A stretch of 64,000 nt of DNA, taken from Pyrinomonadaceae bacterium (lineage in GTDB: Bacteria > Acidobacteriota > Blastocatellia > Pyrinomonadales > Pyrinomonadaceae). Every line of letters starts with the position of its first letter. Position 1 is the first letter of the stretch. Below are positions 16,907-26,230 of this stretch, piece by piece. The position numbers were made by a program, and so were the translations under genes. The notes under the pieces were generated by a model that did not search any database, was not told the origin of the DNA, and worked only from the letters and a program-made list of their open reading frames with translations. Where the stretch lies: assembly GCA_041745735.1 (NCBI GenBank), contig JBGTII010000102.1, positions 1,763-65,762 on the forward strand, written 5' to 3'.

Positions 16907-17644
16907 ATGCGACGAGAGACGACATCGTGGTTTAGCCACAATTTGGGAATGGATATGCCGCTGGTGGCCTATGGACATGCAGGTTACCCGCTATTGATGT
17001 TCCCGACGGCTGCGGCCGATTACCTTGAATACGAGCGGTTTTATCTGGTCGACGCGATCAAAGATTTTATCGAAGCAGGACAGATCCGTGCCTATTCGAT
17101 CAACTCGGTCAATAAATACAGCTTGCTCAACCGCGAGTCGCACCCCGGCTGGAAAGTCGAGATGCTGTCGCGTTACGACAAATACATTATGGAAGAGGTC
17201 CTCCCGCTGATCCGTAACGAGTGCGGTGGGGATGCCAAACCTTTGACGACGGGTGCGAGCCTGGGTGCTTTTCTCGCGATGAATACGTACCTCAAACACT
17301 CCGACGAATTTCGCGGTACGATAGCGATGAGCGGCAGCTACGACATCTACAACTATCTCGATAAGGGTTACTACGACGACAATGTCTATTTTAATAACCC
17401 TGATATGTACGTTAGGAATATGAATGACGACTATCACTTGCCGCGGTTACAGCAAGCCGATTCGCTCGTTATCGTGACGGGTCAGGGCTCGTTCGAAGCA
17501 CCGGACCGCAGCCGCGAATTTTCAGGCCTGCTACATTCCAAAGGCATCCCGCACCGCCTCGACGTCTGGGGCCACGACGTCAACCACGACTGGGTCTGGT
17601 GGCGGAGAATGCTGCCGTATTATCTTGACGAGTTTTTACAATAG
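16907..17644 (+). CDS. esterase family protein (alpha/beta hydrolase)
   Basis: GASLGAF nucleophile elbow; 'putative esterase' layout. Confidence 0.7.
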   Translation: MRRETTSWFSHNLGMDMPLVAYGHAGYPLLMFPTAAADYLEYERFYLVDAIKDFIEAGQIRAYSINSVNKYSLLNRESHPGWKVEMLSRYDKYIMEEVLPLIRNECGGDAKPLTTGASLGAFLAMNTYLKHSDEFRGTIAMSGSYDIYNYLDKGYYDDNVYFNNPDMYVRNMNDDYHLPRLQQADSLVIVTGQGSFEAPDRSREFSGLLHSKGIPHRLDVWGHDVNHDWVWWRRMLPYYLDEFLQ

Positions 17645-17759
17645 TCAGAACCGCCTGTGTAAGCGGGCGTCAGAACCAGAAAAACGGACCGCAGATCAAA
17701 AATGATCTGCGGTCTTTTTATTCTAAAACTGGCCCACCGCTCACGTAAGGGGTTCTGAC
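17644..17759. repeat. GTCAGAACC-type REP-like repeats flanking a terminator
   Basis: GTCAGAACC occurs at 17644-17652 and 17669-17677, and inverted (GGTTCTGAC) at 17751-17759. Each copy is followed by an ..AGCGG.. tail. A fourth copy lies at 55410-55418. Confidence 0.45.
17687..17719. terminator. bidirectional rho-independent terminator
   Basis: GACCGCAGATCA (17687-17698) pairs with TGATCTGCGGTC (17703-17714). TTTTT follows on the plus strand and an A-run precedes it. It lies between convergent genes. Confidence 0.8.
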
Positions 17760-20309
17760 TTAGCCGTCGCCTTTCTTGCCCTTGCGTTTTTCACCGGCCG
17801 GTTTGTCAACCGTCGGCTGTGGCCGCGGAGTTGATTGGATGACCGGCGGTTTTACGATCGGCGGCTTATCTGGTGTGGTGTCAACCGGTTTTGTCGTTGG
17901 ATTGCCCGAATCGGTGATCGTCGTGCCAGGCGTCGTAACTTCGGCATCGGCTTTAGGCCCGGCGGGAATGATCGCACCGCCCCTGCGTCCGCTCGCGTCA
18001 GCCTCTTGCAGAGACTCCAGCTCCTCACGTTTCCGCATCTCCATTTCGCGTTTTACATCCGCGGGCATCGGCGGCGCGTTTGGGAATGATTCGCGCGGTT
18101 TGTTTTTCATGAACGGGATCATGAAAGCGTTAAAATACGGCACCGCGCCGTGGCCACCGGTCATGCCGGCTCCAAGTGATTCTTTACGCAGCGGATTTCC
18201 CATCCAGACGCCGGTAACATAGGTCGGAGTATAGCCGAGGAACCACACGTCTGTTTCGTTGTTGACCGTTCCAGTCTTTCCAGCCAGCGGATGCCCGCCG
18301 GCGCTTGCTCCCGTAGCGGTACCGCCTCCTGCAACAACACCGCGCATCATCTGGACCATAGTTAAAGCGACATACTCGCTTGTCACTTTTGAGCTTTGAT
18401 TTTCGTATTGCTCGAGTAAGCTGCCGTCACGGTTATAGACCTTGCGGATCAAGTGCGGCGTCATACGAATCCCTTTATTTGGAAAGGCCGAATATGCAGC
18501 CGTCATTTCGAGCAGTGACGCCTCACTGGCTCCGAGAGCCGACGGCAGACTCGGGGCCATAGGGTTTGTGATGCCAAACCGGCGGACCATCTGAGCACCA
18601 GCCTGGATGCCGACCTGCTCAAGCAGGTGTACTGCCGCGATGTTATACGATTTGGCGAGCGCGATCTTCATCGGAACGTTCGCATGGCTTGGGGCACCGC
18701 CATAGTTGGTTGGGGCCCACCCACCGCGTTTGATCGGAGCACCGCTGACGATCATATCCGGCGTCATTCCATCCTCGACTGCCGCAGTGTAGATAAAGGG
18801 CTTATACGCCGACCCCGTCTGCCGCAAACCTTGCGTCGCGTTGTTAAATTTACTGGTATGAAAATCATACCCGCCGACCATCGCGACGACCTCGCCGTTT
18901 TTCGAATTTATGCAGACGATCGACGCCTGGACTTCCGGCACCTGCATCAGCTCGACATCGAGGGTCTGCTTTTCTTTATCGACGCCTTTGACGAGAAACT
19001 CAGCCAAAAAGCCCGGTTTTAGCTCGTCCTTAGGCCGTTTGCCGCTGCGGCCCATGTTGGCCGGACGGACGATCGCCTTGAACCGGCCAAATCGTACACC
19101 GACCTCGTCGGCGTTGTTATTCGACTTCATGACGAGGCCCTTGATGTATTCGCCCTCGGTATAATCGTCGCCGTACCAATCAGCGTGCTTGAACGAATTG
19201 AGGGTTTTGTCGATCTCTCTTTCGTCGGTCAACGCCACTTCGTTCTCATCCAACAGGATGTTCTGATATTCCGATCGCCATTTACGACCGGCGTCATAGC
19301 TGCGAAGCCGCTGGCGAATCGCCTGTGTTGCGAGTTTTTGCGCCTCCACGTTGATCGTGGTGTAAACCTTTAGGCCGCCCTGAGCGACGCGCGTCGTGTA
19401 TTTTTCTTCGAGGTATTTTCTGACTTCTTCGACCGGATAATCCCACGCGGTCGATTTTGGCTGCGATTGATAATAGGCCGTGTCGGCAAGCGCGATCGGT
19501 TTTGCCTTGGCCGAATCGACATCCGACGGCGGATATTTGTCAGGAAAATACTTTGTCATCTGATCAAGCACGATGTCGCGGCGCATCTTTGCCTTTTCCA
19601 TATTGCGGGTCGGCGAATACTCAGGCGATTTGGGAATTGCCGCAAGCAGGGCCGCTTCTTCAAGGCTGAGGTCTTTTACGGACTTGCCGAAATACGTTCG
19701 CGAACCGGCCTCAAAACCGTATGCACCGGCACCGAGAAATACATAGTTCATGTACATCTCTAGGATCTGATCCTTGGTGTAAAGTCGCTCGATCTGCAGG
19801 GCGACAGCCCATTCGTTAACCTTTCGCGTGTAGGTTTGATCTTTGTAAAGAAACAGATTCTTTGCGAGCTGCTGGGTGATCGTCGATCCGCCCTCGATCT
19901 TGCCAGTCGTAAGATTTTTAAAAATAACACCGACAATGCGATACGGATCGATGCCTATGTGATCTCGAAAGCGGTAGTCCTCGACGGCAATCAGAGCGTC
20001 GGTCACTTTGTCGGGGACGTCTTGGATCTTTAGCGGGATGCGCTTTTCGAGGGCAAACTCAGCGAGGATCGTCTCGCCGTCATCAGCGTAGATGGTCGTA
20101 ACTTGCGGTGGACGATACGTCGCGAGCGCCGAGACCTCGACCGAGTAACGTGAATTATTGAGGTAATAGGATGCCAAAACTCCGGTCAGAGCACCGGCGG
20201 AAAGAGCGAGCATCAACGCGATGGCAAGCATCGTGAGGGTCGAAAACCCACTCCGTTCACCGTTCGACACCGCCTCGGCAGTCTTAAACTTTTTTACATC
20301 TACAGCCAC
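17760..20309 (-). CDS. mrcA: class A penicillin-binding protein (PBP1A; transglycosylase/transpeptidase)
   Basis: N-terminal TM segment; GT51 motifs AVEDYRFRDHIGID and GGSTITQQ; transpeptidase SAYK (SxxK) and AGKTGT (KTG). Pro/Thr-rich C-terminal tail. Confidence 0.9.
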   Translation of the reverse strand: MAVDVKKFKTAEAVSNGERSGFSTLTMLAIALMLALSAGALTGVLASYYLNNSRYSVEVSALATYRPPQVTTIYADDGETILAEFALEKRIPLKIQDVPDKVTDALIAVEDYRFRDHIGIDPYRIVGVIFKNLTTGKIEGGSTITQQLAKNLFLYKDQTYTRKVNEWAVALQIERLYTKDQILEMYMNYVFLGAGAYGFEAGSRTYFGKSVKDLSLEEAALLAAIPKSPEYSPTRNMEKAKMRRDIVLDQMTKYFPDKYPPSDVDSAKAKPIALADTAYYQSQPKSTAWDYPVEEVRKYLEEKYTTRVAQGGLKVYTTINVEAQKLATQAIRQRLRSYDAGRKWRSEYQNILLDENEVALTDEREIDKTLNSFKHADWYGDDYTEGEYIKGLVMKSNNNADEVGVRFGRFKAIVRPANMGRSGKRPKDELKPGFLAEFLVKGVDKEKQTLDVELMQVPEVQASIVCINSKNGEVVAMVGGYDFHTSKFNNATQGLRQTGSAYKPFIYTAAVEDGMTPDMIVSGAPIKRGGWAPTNYGGAPSHANVPMKIALAKSYNIAAVHLLEQVGIQAGAQMVRRFGITNPMAPSLPSALGASEASLLEMTAAYSAFPNKGIRMTPHLIRKVYNRDGSLLEQYENQSSKVTSEYVALTMVQMMRGVVAGGGTATGASAGGHPLAGKTGTVNNETDVWFLGYTPTYVTGVWMGNPLRKESLGAGMTGGHGAVPYFNAFMIPFMKNKPRESFPNAPPMPADVKREMEMRKREELESLQEADASGRRGGAIIPAGPKADAEVTTPGTTITDSGNPTTKPVDTTPDKPPIVKPPVIQSTPRPQPTVDKPAGEKRKGKKGDG

Positions 20310-20324
20310 TTTTCTTACTACCTC

Positions 20325-21443
20325 CTAGTTCACAAAACGACGCAGCTTAACGCTGACTACAAACCCGATCGCGACAAATGTCGATAACAGCGCTGACAGT
20401 CCGGCGCTCATCAGCGGTAAAGGGACGCCGATCACCGGCAGTATCCCAAGTGCCATGCCGACATTCATAAATATCTGAAACGCCATTGCACATACAATCG
20501 ACATTATAACAAGCATTCCAGCGCGCTCGGAAGCCTCGCGCGCACCGGCGATCATGCGTGAAAGCAGGATCGCGTACGCAAGCAGTAGCGAAATACACCC
20601 TATAAACCCTGTACTCTCAGCAGTTACGGCAAAAATAAAGTCAGTTTGCGGCTCGGGCAAAAACTTTAAAACACTCTGAGATGTTTCGGTGTCGCCCTGA
20701 TTTCCGGCAAGTCCGCCTTTGCCGACCGTGATAGTCGATTGGATGGTGTGATAACCGTAGCCGCGGGGATCGACGCTGTCCGGGTCGGTGATCGCTAATA
20801 TCCTTTCCTGCTGATAACGCTTGATCTTGCCGGTTTTGACCCCGACCGTCCATGCGACCGGCACGAGGATAGCTGCCGCGACAACTGTCAATACCACATA
20901 GCGGATCTTGATCCCCGACAGAAAGAACATCGCGCCGAGGATCGGAAAATATGTGATCGCTTGTCCCGCGTCCGGCTCTAGTAATATCAACACGACCGGG
21001 CCCGCAAAGATCGCGGTACCGACGAGCATCTCCCGCAAACGGAGATTGCCGGCTTTTCTGGCCCCGAAATACTTTGCTAGCATCAGCACCGTCGGAATCT
21101 TAGCAAACTCGGACGGCTGAAACTGCCCGATGATCGGCAGTCTGACCCACGCCTTTTGTCCGTTGATCGTCACACCAAGTGGCGTCAGTACTAGTAACAG
21201 CAGGATCAACCCTCCGATATAAAATATTGGTGCCGAATCGATAAGCCGCCGGTAATCGGTAAAGCAAACGATGATAAAAGCGACTAGGGCGATGAAGATA
21301 CCGATGATCTGTTTAGACCAGTAGCCTTCGGTAGGTGTGGCATTGTGGATCTGCCAGACGCCGAAAGACGCAATCATGACGGCCAACAAAGCTGTTAGCC
21401 AGTCAAAATCCTTAAGATCGCGTTTTTCGAGTATTGCTACCAT
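20325..21443 (-). CDS. rodA: rod shape-determining SEDS protein RodA
   Basis: FtsW/RodA/SpoVE multi-TM pattern, located downstream of mrdA. The ATG at 21443 (MVAILEKRDL..) avoids a 100-nt overlap with mrdA. Confidence 0.9.
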   Translation of the reverse strand: MVAILEKRDLKDFDWLTALLAVMIASFGVWQIHNATPTEGYWSKQIIGIFIALVAFIIVCFTDYRRLIDSAPIFYIGGLILLLLVLTPLGVTINGQKAWVRLPIIGQFQPSEFAKIPTVLMLAKYFGARKAGNLRLREMLVGTAIFAGPVVLILLEPDAGQAITYFPILGAMFFLSGIKIRYVVLTVVAAAILVPVAWTVGVKTGKIKRYQQERILAITDPDSVDPRGYGYHTIQSTITVGKGGLAGNQGDTETSQSVLKFLPEPQTDFIFAVTAESTGFIGCISLLLAYAILLSRMIAGAREASERAGMLVIMSIVCAMAFQIFMNVGMALGILPVIGVPLPLMSAGLSALLSTFVAIGFVVSVKLRRFVN

Positions 21444-21456
21444 CGCAGGTGAAAAA

Positions 21457-23349
21457 CTATCTCTTTGCCACCGTGTCGGTCGTTGCCGGAATCTGTCCGT
21501 GAACGGCTCTATATGTTTCGTACACACCGCGTACCGCAGGGGCAGCATGGCTGCCGCCAAAACCGACGTTTTCGATCAGTGCGATGACCGCGATCTCGGG
21601 CTTGTATGCCGGGGCAAAGCTGACGAACCACGCGTGATCTTTTTTGTCGCCGACGTCTTTACCGAGCTCCGCGACCTGTGCCGTACCTGTCTTTCCCGCG
21701 ATCTCAAAATCGGGGATGCGGATCGCACCGGCGGTACCTCCGCCGTTCACCACGCCCCACATACCTTTGATGACCAGATCCCATTGATCGGGGGTTGCTT
21801 CGAGGATCTTTGGTTCGGGATGAGCAAACCCTACGGCGGGACGGGCGGCGAAATAATCACTTTCGCCCTCGGTGCCGACGGCGGGGATCGCTCTAAATCC
21901 TTTTAGAAAATGTGGCGTGTACATTTTGCCGCGCATACCGATACTTGCGACCGCCCTAAGCATCGAGATCGGCGTTACGACAACCGTATCCTGGCCAATG
22001 CCTGAATAGACAGTGCGGATATCGCTCCATTTGCCTTCGTTTTTTACGATGTAGGGCATCCACGATTTTGGTGTCTGCGGAACCTTTTCATTGGGCAGAT
22101 CGATGCCGGAGCGTTTGTCGTAGCCGAAATCCTCGACCATCTTTACTATGCCGTCAATACCCATTTTGAGAGCGAGTCGGTAATAGTAACCGTCGCAAGA
22201 TTTTGTAATGGCGAAGCTTAGGGGCGGCGAACCGTGGCTGCCCATGCAGCGGGTAAATTTGTTGCCGATCTGGATGCCGCCGCCGCAGACCAGATTTGAA
22301 TGTGCAACCGTGATCGCACCTTGCTGCAGACCGGCGATAGATTCCGGTATCTTCCAGGTCGATCCCGGCGGATAACGGCCCTGAATGGCACGGTTATATA
22401 GCGGGCGTTTCTCGTCCTGCCAATAGGCTGCGATCGCTTGGCGGCCTTCGGGCGTTGAGCTACCCTTTACAAAGATATTTGGGTCAAATGACGGTGCCGA
22501 TGCCATCGCAATCATCTCGCCATTGTTGGGGTCCATCGCAATGATAGTTCCGCGTTTGGTCACCGATTCGGCCAACTGCTTTTCCGCACGGTTTTGAATA
22601 TCAAGGTCGATGGTCGAGACGAGATCCTGTCCTGCCTGAGGTTTTACGATCTCTAACTCGCTCTGCACGCGGCCTTTGCTATCTACGAGCACCTTGCGAT
22701 ATCCGGGGCGTCCGCGTAGGTACTCGTCGTAATATTGTTCGAGCCCGCCCTTGCCAACGATGTCTCCGGGACGAAAACCCTTGTCTAGGAACTCGGGATC
22801 CTTAAGCTGATTTGGACTGATCTCGCCGACGTAGCCGAGCACATGGGCGAGCGTAGTACCAAGCGGGTAAAATCGCTGCGGCTGCAGCTCGACGCGGAGC
22901 TCCGGAAATTCTAATGAGTGTGCCTCGACCCAAGTGATGTCTTCGATGCCGACATTTTCTTTGAGCACCATTGTCTCAAATTCGTTTTGCTTTTTGATCA
23001 GGCTTAGACGTTCGACGACGAATTGTCGGTCCATCTTTAGCCCGCGAGAGTATTCTTCTACGCGTTCGTTAACGTTGACCGATTTTAGCGGTTCGTTTGA
23101 AAGGACGACGTTGTATGTGGGACGCGAATCGACGAGCAGCTTGCCGTTGCGGTCAAGGATCGCTCCGCGTGGAGCGGGGATCGGGATAAAGCGGACACGC
23201 TGATTTTCGGCCCGCTCGTTGTAATAGTCGCCCTTTACAACCTGCAAATAATAGAGCCGTATCCCTAACAGGGTGAGCAGAACGAAGGCGAGCACCTGGA
23301 TCGTGCCGACCCTTAAACCTAGTTTTTGAACGTGATCACCTATTTTCAT
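21457..23349 (-). CDS. mrdA: penicillin-binding protein 2 (MrdA)
   Basis: N-terminal TM segment, STWK (SxxK) and AGKTGT (KTG). Located within the mre cluster. Confidence 0.9.
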   Translation of the reverse strand: MKIGDHVQKLGLRVGTIQVLAFVLLTLLGIRLYYLQVVKGDYYNERAENQRVRFIPIPAPRGAILDRNGKLLVDSRPTYNVVLSNEPLKSVNVNERVEEYSRGLKMDRQFVVERLSLIKKQNEFETMVLKENVGIEDITWVEAHSLEFPELRVELQPQRFYPLGTTLAHVLGYVGEISPNQLKDPEFLDKGFRPGDIVGKGGLEQYYDEYLRGRPGYRKVLVDSKGRVQSELEIVKPQAGQDLVSTIDLDIQNRAEKQLAESVTKRGTIIAMDPNNGEMIAMASAPSFDPNIFVKGSSTPEGRQAIAAYWQDEKRPLYNRAIQGRYPPGSTWKIPESIAGLQQGAITVAHSNLVCGGGIQIGNKFTRCMGSHGSPPLSFAITKSCDGYYYRLALKMGIDGIVKMVEDFGYDKRSGIDLPNEKVPQTPKSWMPYIVKNEGKWSDIRTVYSGIGQDTVVVTPISMLRAVASIGMRGKMYTPHFLKGFRAIPAVGTEGESDYFAARPAVGFAHPEPKILEATPDQWDLVIKGMWGVVNGGGTAGAIRIPDFEIAGKTGTAQVAELGKDVGDKKDHAWFVSFAPAYKPEIAVIALIENVGFGGSHAAPAVRGVYETYRAVHGQIPATTDTVAKR

Positions 23350-23366
23350 TTTTCGTTAACCGTCCA

Positions 23367-23912
23367 TTATTTGCCTAATCTGATGGGGTTCCGCCTTCGG
23401 GTTTGTCGTCTCGGGGCAAAAACATCGCGTTTTTTTCGCCGCGTTCGTTCGCCCGACAGCGATTGCAGCAGCAGGTAGACGAGCGTTCCGGCGATGGTCG
23501 TACCGATGAGCGAATAGGCGGCCGTCACAAGAACATCGTTCCCCGGCGGTTGGCCAAACAGCCTGTGCAGGCCGTAATAGATCATATCGTCAAGCAAACA
23601 TGCACCAGCTATGACGGGGATTCGCAGGATCAAGTTGTCCATGTAGACACGTCGCGTGATCTCGCAAACGATATAGGCCACGATCGTTTTTGAAAAGCCG
23701 TTGGCACCAAGCAATCCGCCGCTCAAAGCGTCGACAGAGAGACCGGCGATCGAGCCGAAAAGCAGTGCCCGGATCGAATTACGCTGGAGCGCGGCGTAGA
23801 CGACGATGATCAGCGGAAGGTCGATATAGGCGAGCGGCTCCCATACGTTTCGCAGCGTCCATTGCAGGACGATCGCGATTATCAAGCTGATTGTTAATTT
23901 GACGCCTTCCAT
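23367..23912 (-). CDS. mreD: rod shape-determining protein MreD
   Basis: Small polytopic membrane protein directly after mreC. Confidence 0.8.
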   Translation of the reverse strand: MEGVKLTISLIIAIVLQWTLRNVWEPLAYIDLPLIIVVYAALQRNSIRALLFGSIAGLSVDALSGGLLGANGFSKTIVAYIVCEITRRVYMDNLILRIPVIAGACLLDDMIYYGLHRLFGQPPGNDVLVTAAYSLIGTTIAGTLVYLLLQSLSGERTRRKKRDVFAPRRQTRRRNPIRLGK

Positions 23913-23929
23913 TTAAATCTAACCAACCT

Positions 23930-24829
23930 CTATTTCTTTACGTCCTTTGTCGCGTTGGGTAATTTTTGCTCGAACTGTTCGCGGGATGCGGCCTCGTAAA
24001 GTAGGATGCCAACCTCCTGCATCGAATTAAGTTTTGCCGCCGGTTGGATGAGTATCTGGTGCGGCGTGGTCGCCGACCCGGTGACGACACTGACGATCTC
24101 GCCGACCTTGAGTCCAGCGGGATAGATGCCGTCCTGTCCAGTTGTAAATACTGCTTGCCCCACCTCTACGGCGACAGAGCCCGCAACGTAACGCATTTCG
24201 AGCAGATCGCCCTTACTCGTTCCGCTGACGACGCCGAGTGCGTTAGATTCGCCCACTTGGCCGATCACGGCTCCCACGCCTGATTTGTTTCGCGTGACGA
24301 GATCGACCTGACACGTCAGTGGGCCGACCGCCGTGACGCGACCGACAAGCCCACCGTCGGTCACGACCGGCATATTTAGCTGGACACCGTCGAGGCTGCC
24401 GCGATTGACGATCGACGAATCGAACCACACGGAAGGATCGCGTCCGATGATGCGAGCCGTCAGGATCTTGTACTTGCTCGTTTCTTTTAGCTGGAGGAAC
24501 GATCGTAGACGGGTGTTCTCAGCGGCAAGTTCCTCTTTCTGCTTTAGCTCAACTTCAAGTTCCTGCACACGCTGTTTCAACACATCGTTGTCGGTCTGGG
24601 CCGAACGCAGGTTTGAGATCGAAGAGAAGTAATTAGCGACTGCGGAGGTGACCGTGGTGACAGGTGACTGAACAAAATCGGCTATCGTCTGAGTCCAGGA
24701 GCGTACAACACGCTGGCCGGACGTTATCTCTTTGGCGTCGAATGCCATCAAGACAAAATTGACAATAAGGAGCGCGATCATCAGCCAGGGTGCCAGCCGC
24801 CAAACATCTTTTTGACTACGCTCAACCAT
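23930..24829 (-). CDS. mreC: rod shape-determining protein MreC
   Basis: TM anchor, coiled coil (LKQRVQELEVELKQKEELAAEN), then a beta-rich domain (GRVT.V....QV.L). Confidence 0.9.
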   Translation of the reverse strand: MVERSQKDVWRLAPWLMIALLIVNFVLMAFDAKEITSGQRVVRSWTQTIADFVQSPVTTVTSAVANYFSSISNLRSAQTDNDVLKQRVQELEVELKQKEELAAENTRLRSFLQLKETSKYKILTARIIGRDPSVWFDSSIVNRGSLDGVQLNMPVVTDGGLVGRVTAVGPLTCQVDLVTRNKSGVGAVIGQVGESNALGVVSGTSKGDLLEMRYVAGSVAVEVGQAVFTTGQDGIYPAGLKVGEIVSVVTGSATTPHQILIQPAAKLNSMQEVGILLYEAASREQFEQKLPNATKDVKK

Positions 24830-24833
24830 CGCT

Positions 24834-24913
24834 TTGAGTTTGTTGAGTTTGTTGAGTTTCGTGAGTTCGTTGGGAAAATCACTCTCAACAAACTCTATGA
24901 ACTCAAAAAACTC
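24834..24913. repeat. 9-nt tandem repeat (x4) plus inverted copies in the mreB-mreC intergenic region
   Basis: TTGAGTTTG / TTGAGTTTG / TTGAGTTTC / GTGAGTTCG at 24834-24869. CTCAACAAACTC at 24884-24895 is the exact complement of two register-shifted 12-mers (24836-24847 and 24845-24856). Confidence 0.7.
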
Positions 24914-24919
24914 AATGAA

Positions 24920-25966
24920 CTAACTCCCTGTCATTAATGAATTATCCCACTTGACGCGTTTTAGGAGCTCAAAGTCTGAGAGCATCTTGCCGGTGCCAAG
25001 TACGACCGATGATAGCGGGTCGTCGGCGATGACGACCGGCAAACCCGTTTCGATCATCAAGCGCTTATCGAGATTTTTGAGCAGAGCACCACCGCCCGTG
25101 AGGACGATGCCGCGTTCGACGATGTCGGCCGAAAGTTCCGGCGGCGTACGTTCGAGAGCGACGCGGATGGCGTTGATGATCGATGCGATTGAATCTGAGA
25201 GTGCCTCGCGGATCTCTTCGTCGGTCATCGTAATGGTCTTGGGGATGCCCTCGATCAGGTTGCGTCCGCGGACGTCCATTGAGAGCGGCTCCTCGAGCGG
25301 AAATGCGCTGCCCAGTGCGATCTTGATCGCCTCGGCGGTGCGTTCGCCGATGAGCAGGTTATATTTTCGTTTGATGTACTGGGTGATCGATTCGTCCATC
25401 TCGTTACCCGCGACACGCACGGCACGCGAATAGACGATACCCGACAGCGAGATGACGGCGATGTCTGTCGTTCCGCCGCCGATATCGACGACCATGTTGC
25501 CGTGTGGTTCGGTGATGGGCAATCCGGCACCGATCGCCGCGGCCATCGCTTCTTCGACCAGATAGACTTCAGATGCTTTTGCACGATAGGCGCTATCCTC
25601 AACGGCACGGCGTTCGACCTGAGTGATCTCCGACGGGATGCCGATGACGACACGCGGGCGTACCCACGATTTGCCGTTGTGAGCCTTGCGGATAAAATGC
25701 TGGAGCATCTTCTCCGTAACCTCAAAATTGGCGATAACGCCGTCCTTCATCGGGCGGATCGCGACGATGTTGCCCGGTGTACGGCCAAGCATCTCTTTTG
25801 CATCACGTCCGACGGCCTCAACCTGGTTCGTGACCTTGTTGATCGCGACGATCGACGGTTCACTTACGACAATGCCGCGTCCCTTGGCATAAACGAGCGT
25901 ATTTGCGGTGCCAAGATCGATCGCAAGATCGCTGGAAAATAAACTAAACAAAGACTTAAATGCCAT
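24920..25966 (-). CDS. mreB: rod shape-determining actin homologue MreB
   Basis: [17 protein letters not shown] and [11 protein letters not shown] motifs. Confidence 0.95.
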   Translation of the reverse strand: MAFKSLFSLFSSDLAIDLGTANTLVYAKGRGIVVSEPSIVAINKVTNQVEAVGRDAKEMLGRTPGNIVAIRPMKDGVIANFEVTEKMLQHFIRKAHNGKSWVRPRVVIGIPSEITQVERRAVEDSAYRAKASEVYLVEEAMAAAIGAGLPITEPHGNMVVDIGGGTTDIAVISLSGIVYSRAVRVAGNEMDESITQYIKRKYNLLIGERTAEAIKIALGSAFPLEEPLSMDVRGRNLIEGIPKTITMTDEEIREALSDSIASIINAIRVALERTPPELSADIVERGIVLTGGGALLKNLDKRLMIETGLPVVIADDPLSSVVLGTGKMLSDFELLKRVKWDNSLMTGS

Positions 25967-26172
25967 TTCAAATTAACTAACGGTCCTAGATTCTTATTTT
26001 AGAGATCGTGTTGAACGGGGATGATTTCCACACTCGGAATGGTCCGATGAGGAGCAAAAAACATGAGCACCGTCGCCCAAAATACCTAACCACTTAGCAT
26101 ACACTTATTTATTAGCATTTTTCTAGTTTAATTACAGTATTTATTTAGCAAAATGTTGAATTATTGTGAAAT

Positions 26173-26204
26173 AAAAAAAGGGCGGTCAAATGACCACCCT
26201 TTTT
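26173..26204. terminator. bidirectional rho-independent terminator
   Basis: AGGGCGGTCA pairs with TGACCACCCT (9 of 10 pairs), preceded by A7 and followed by T5. It separates the 26231..27223 gene from the mreB promoter region. Confidence 0.7.
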
Positions 26205-26230
26205 CTATATCAGTATCAATAGATTTACGA

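Noticed and set aside
17776-20033. Multiple plus-strand ORFs antisense to the PBP1A gene. Similar shadow ORFs occur opposite lon, the kinase, DUF418, CBS, pst and pil genes, and at 46135..46722.
   Set aside because: They have low-complexity Arg/Ser/Ala-rich translations typical of antisense frames of GC-moderate genes. The sense-strand genes have clear family motifs.
21444-21560. Upstream extension of rodA that overlaps the end of mrdA by about 100 nt.
   Set aside because: The overlap is implausible and the extension is Arg-rich and non-membrane. An internal ATG lies 14 nt after the mrdA stop.
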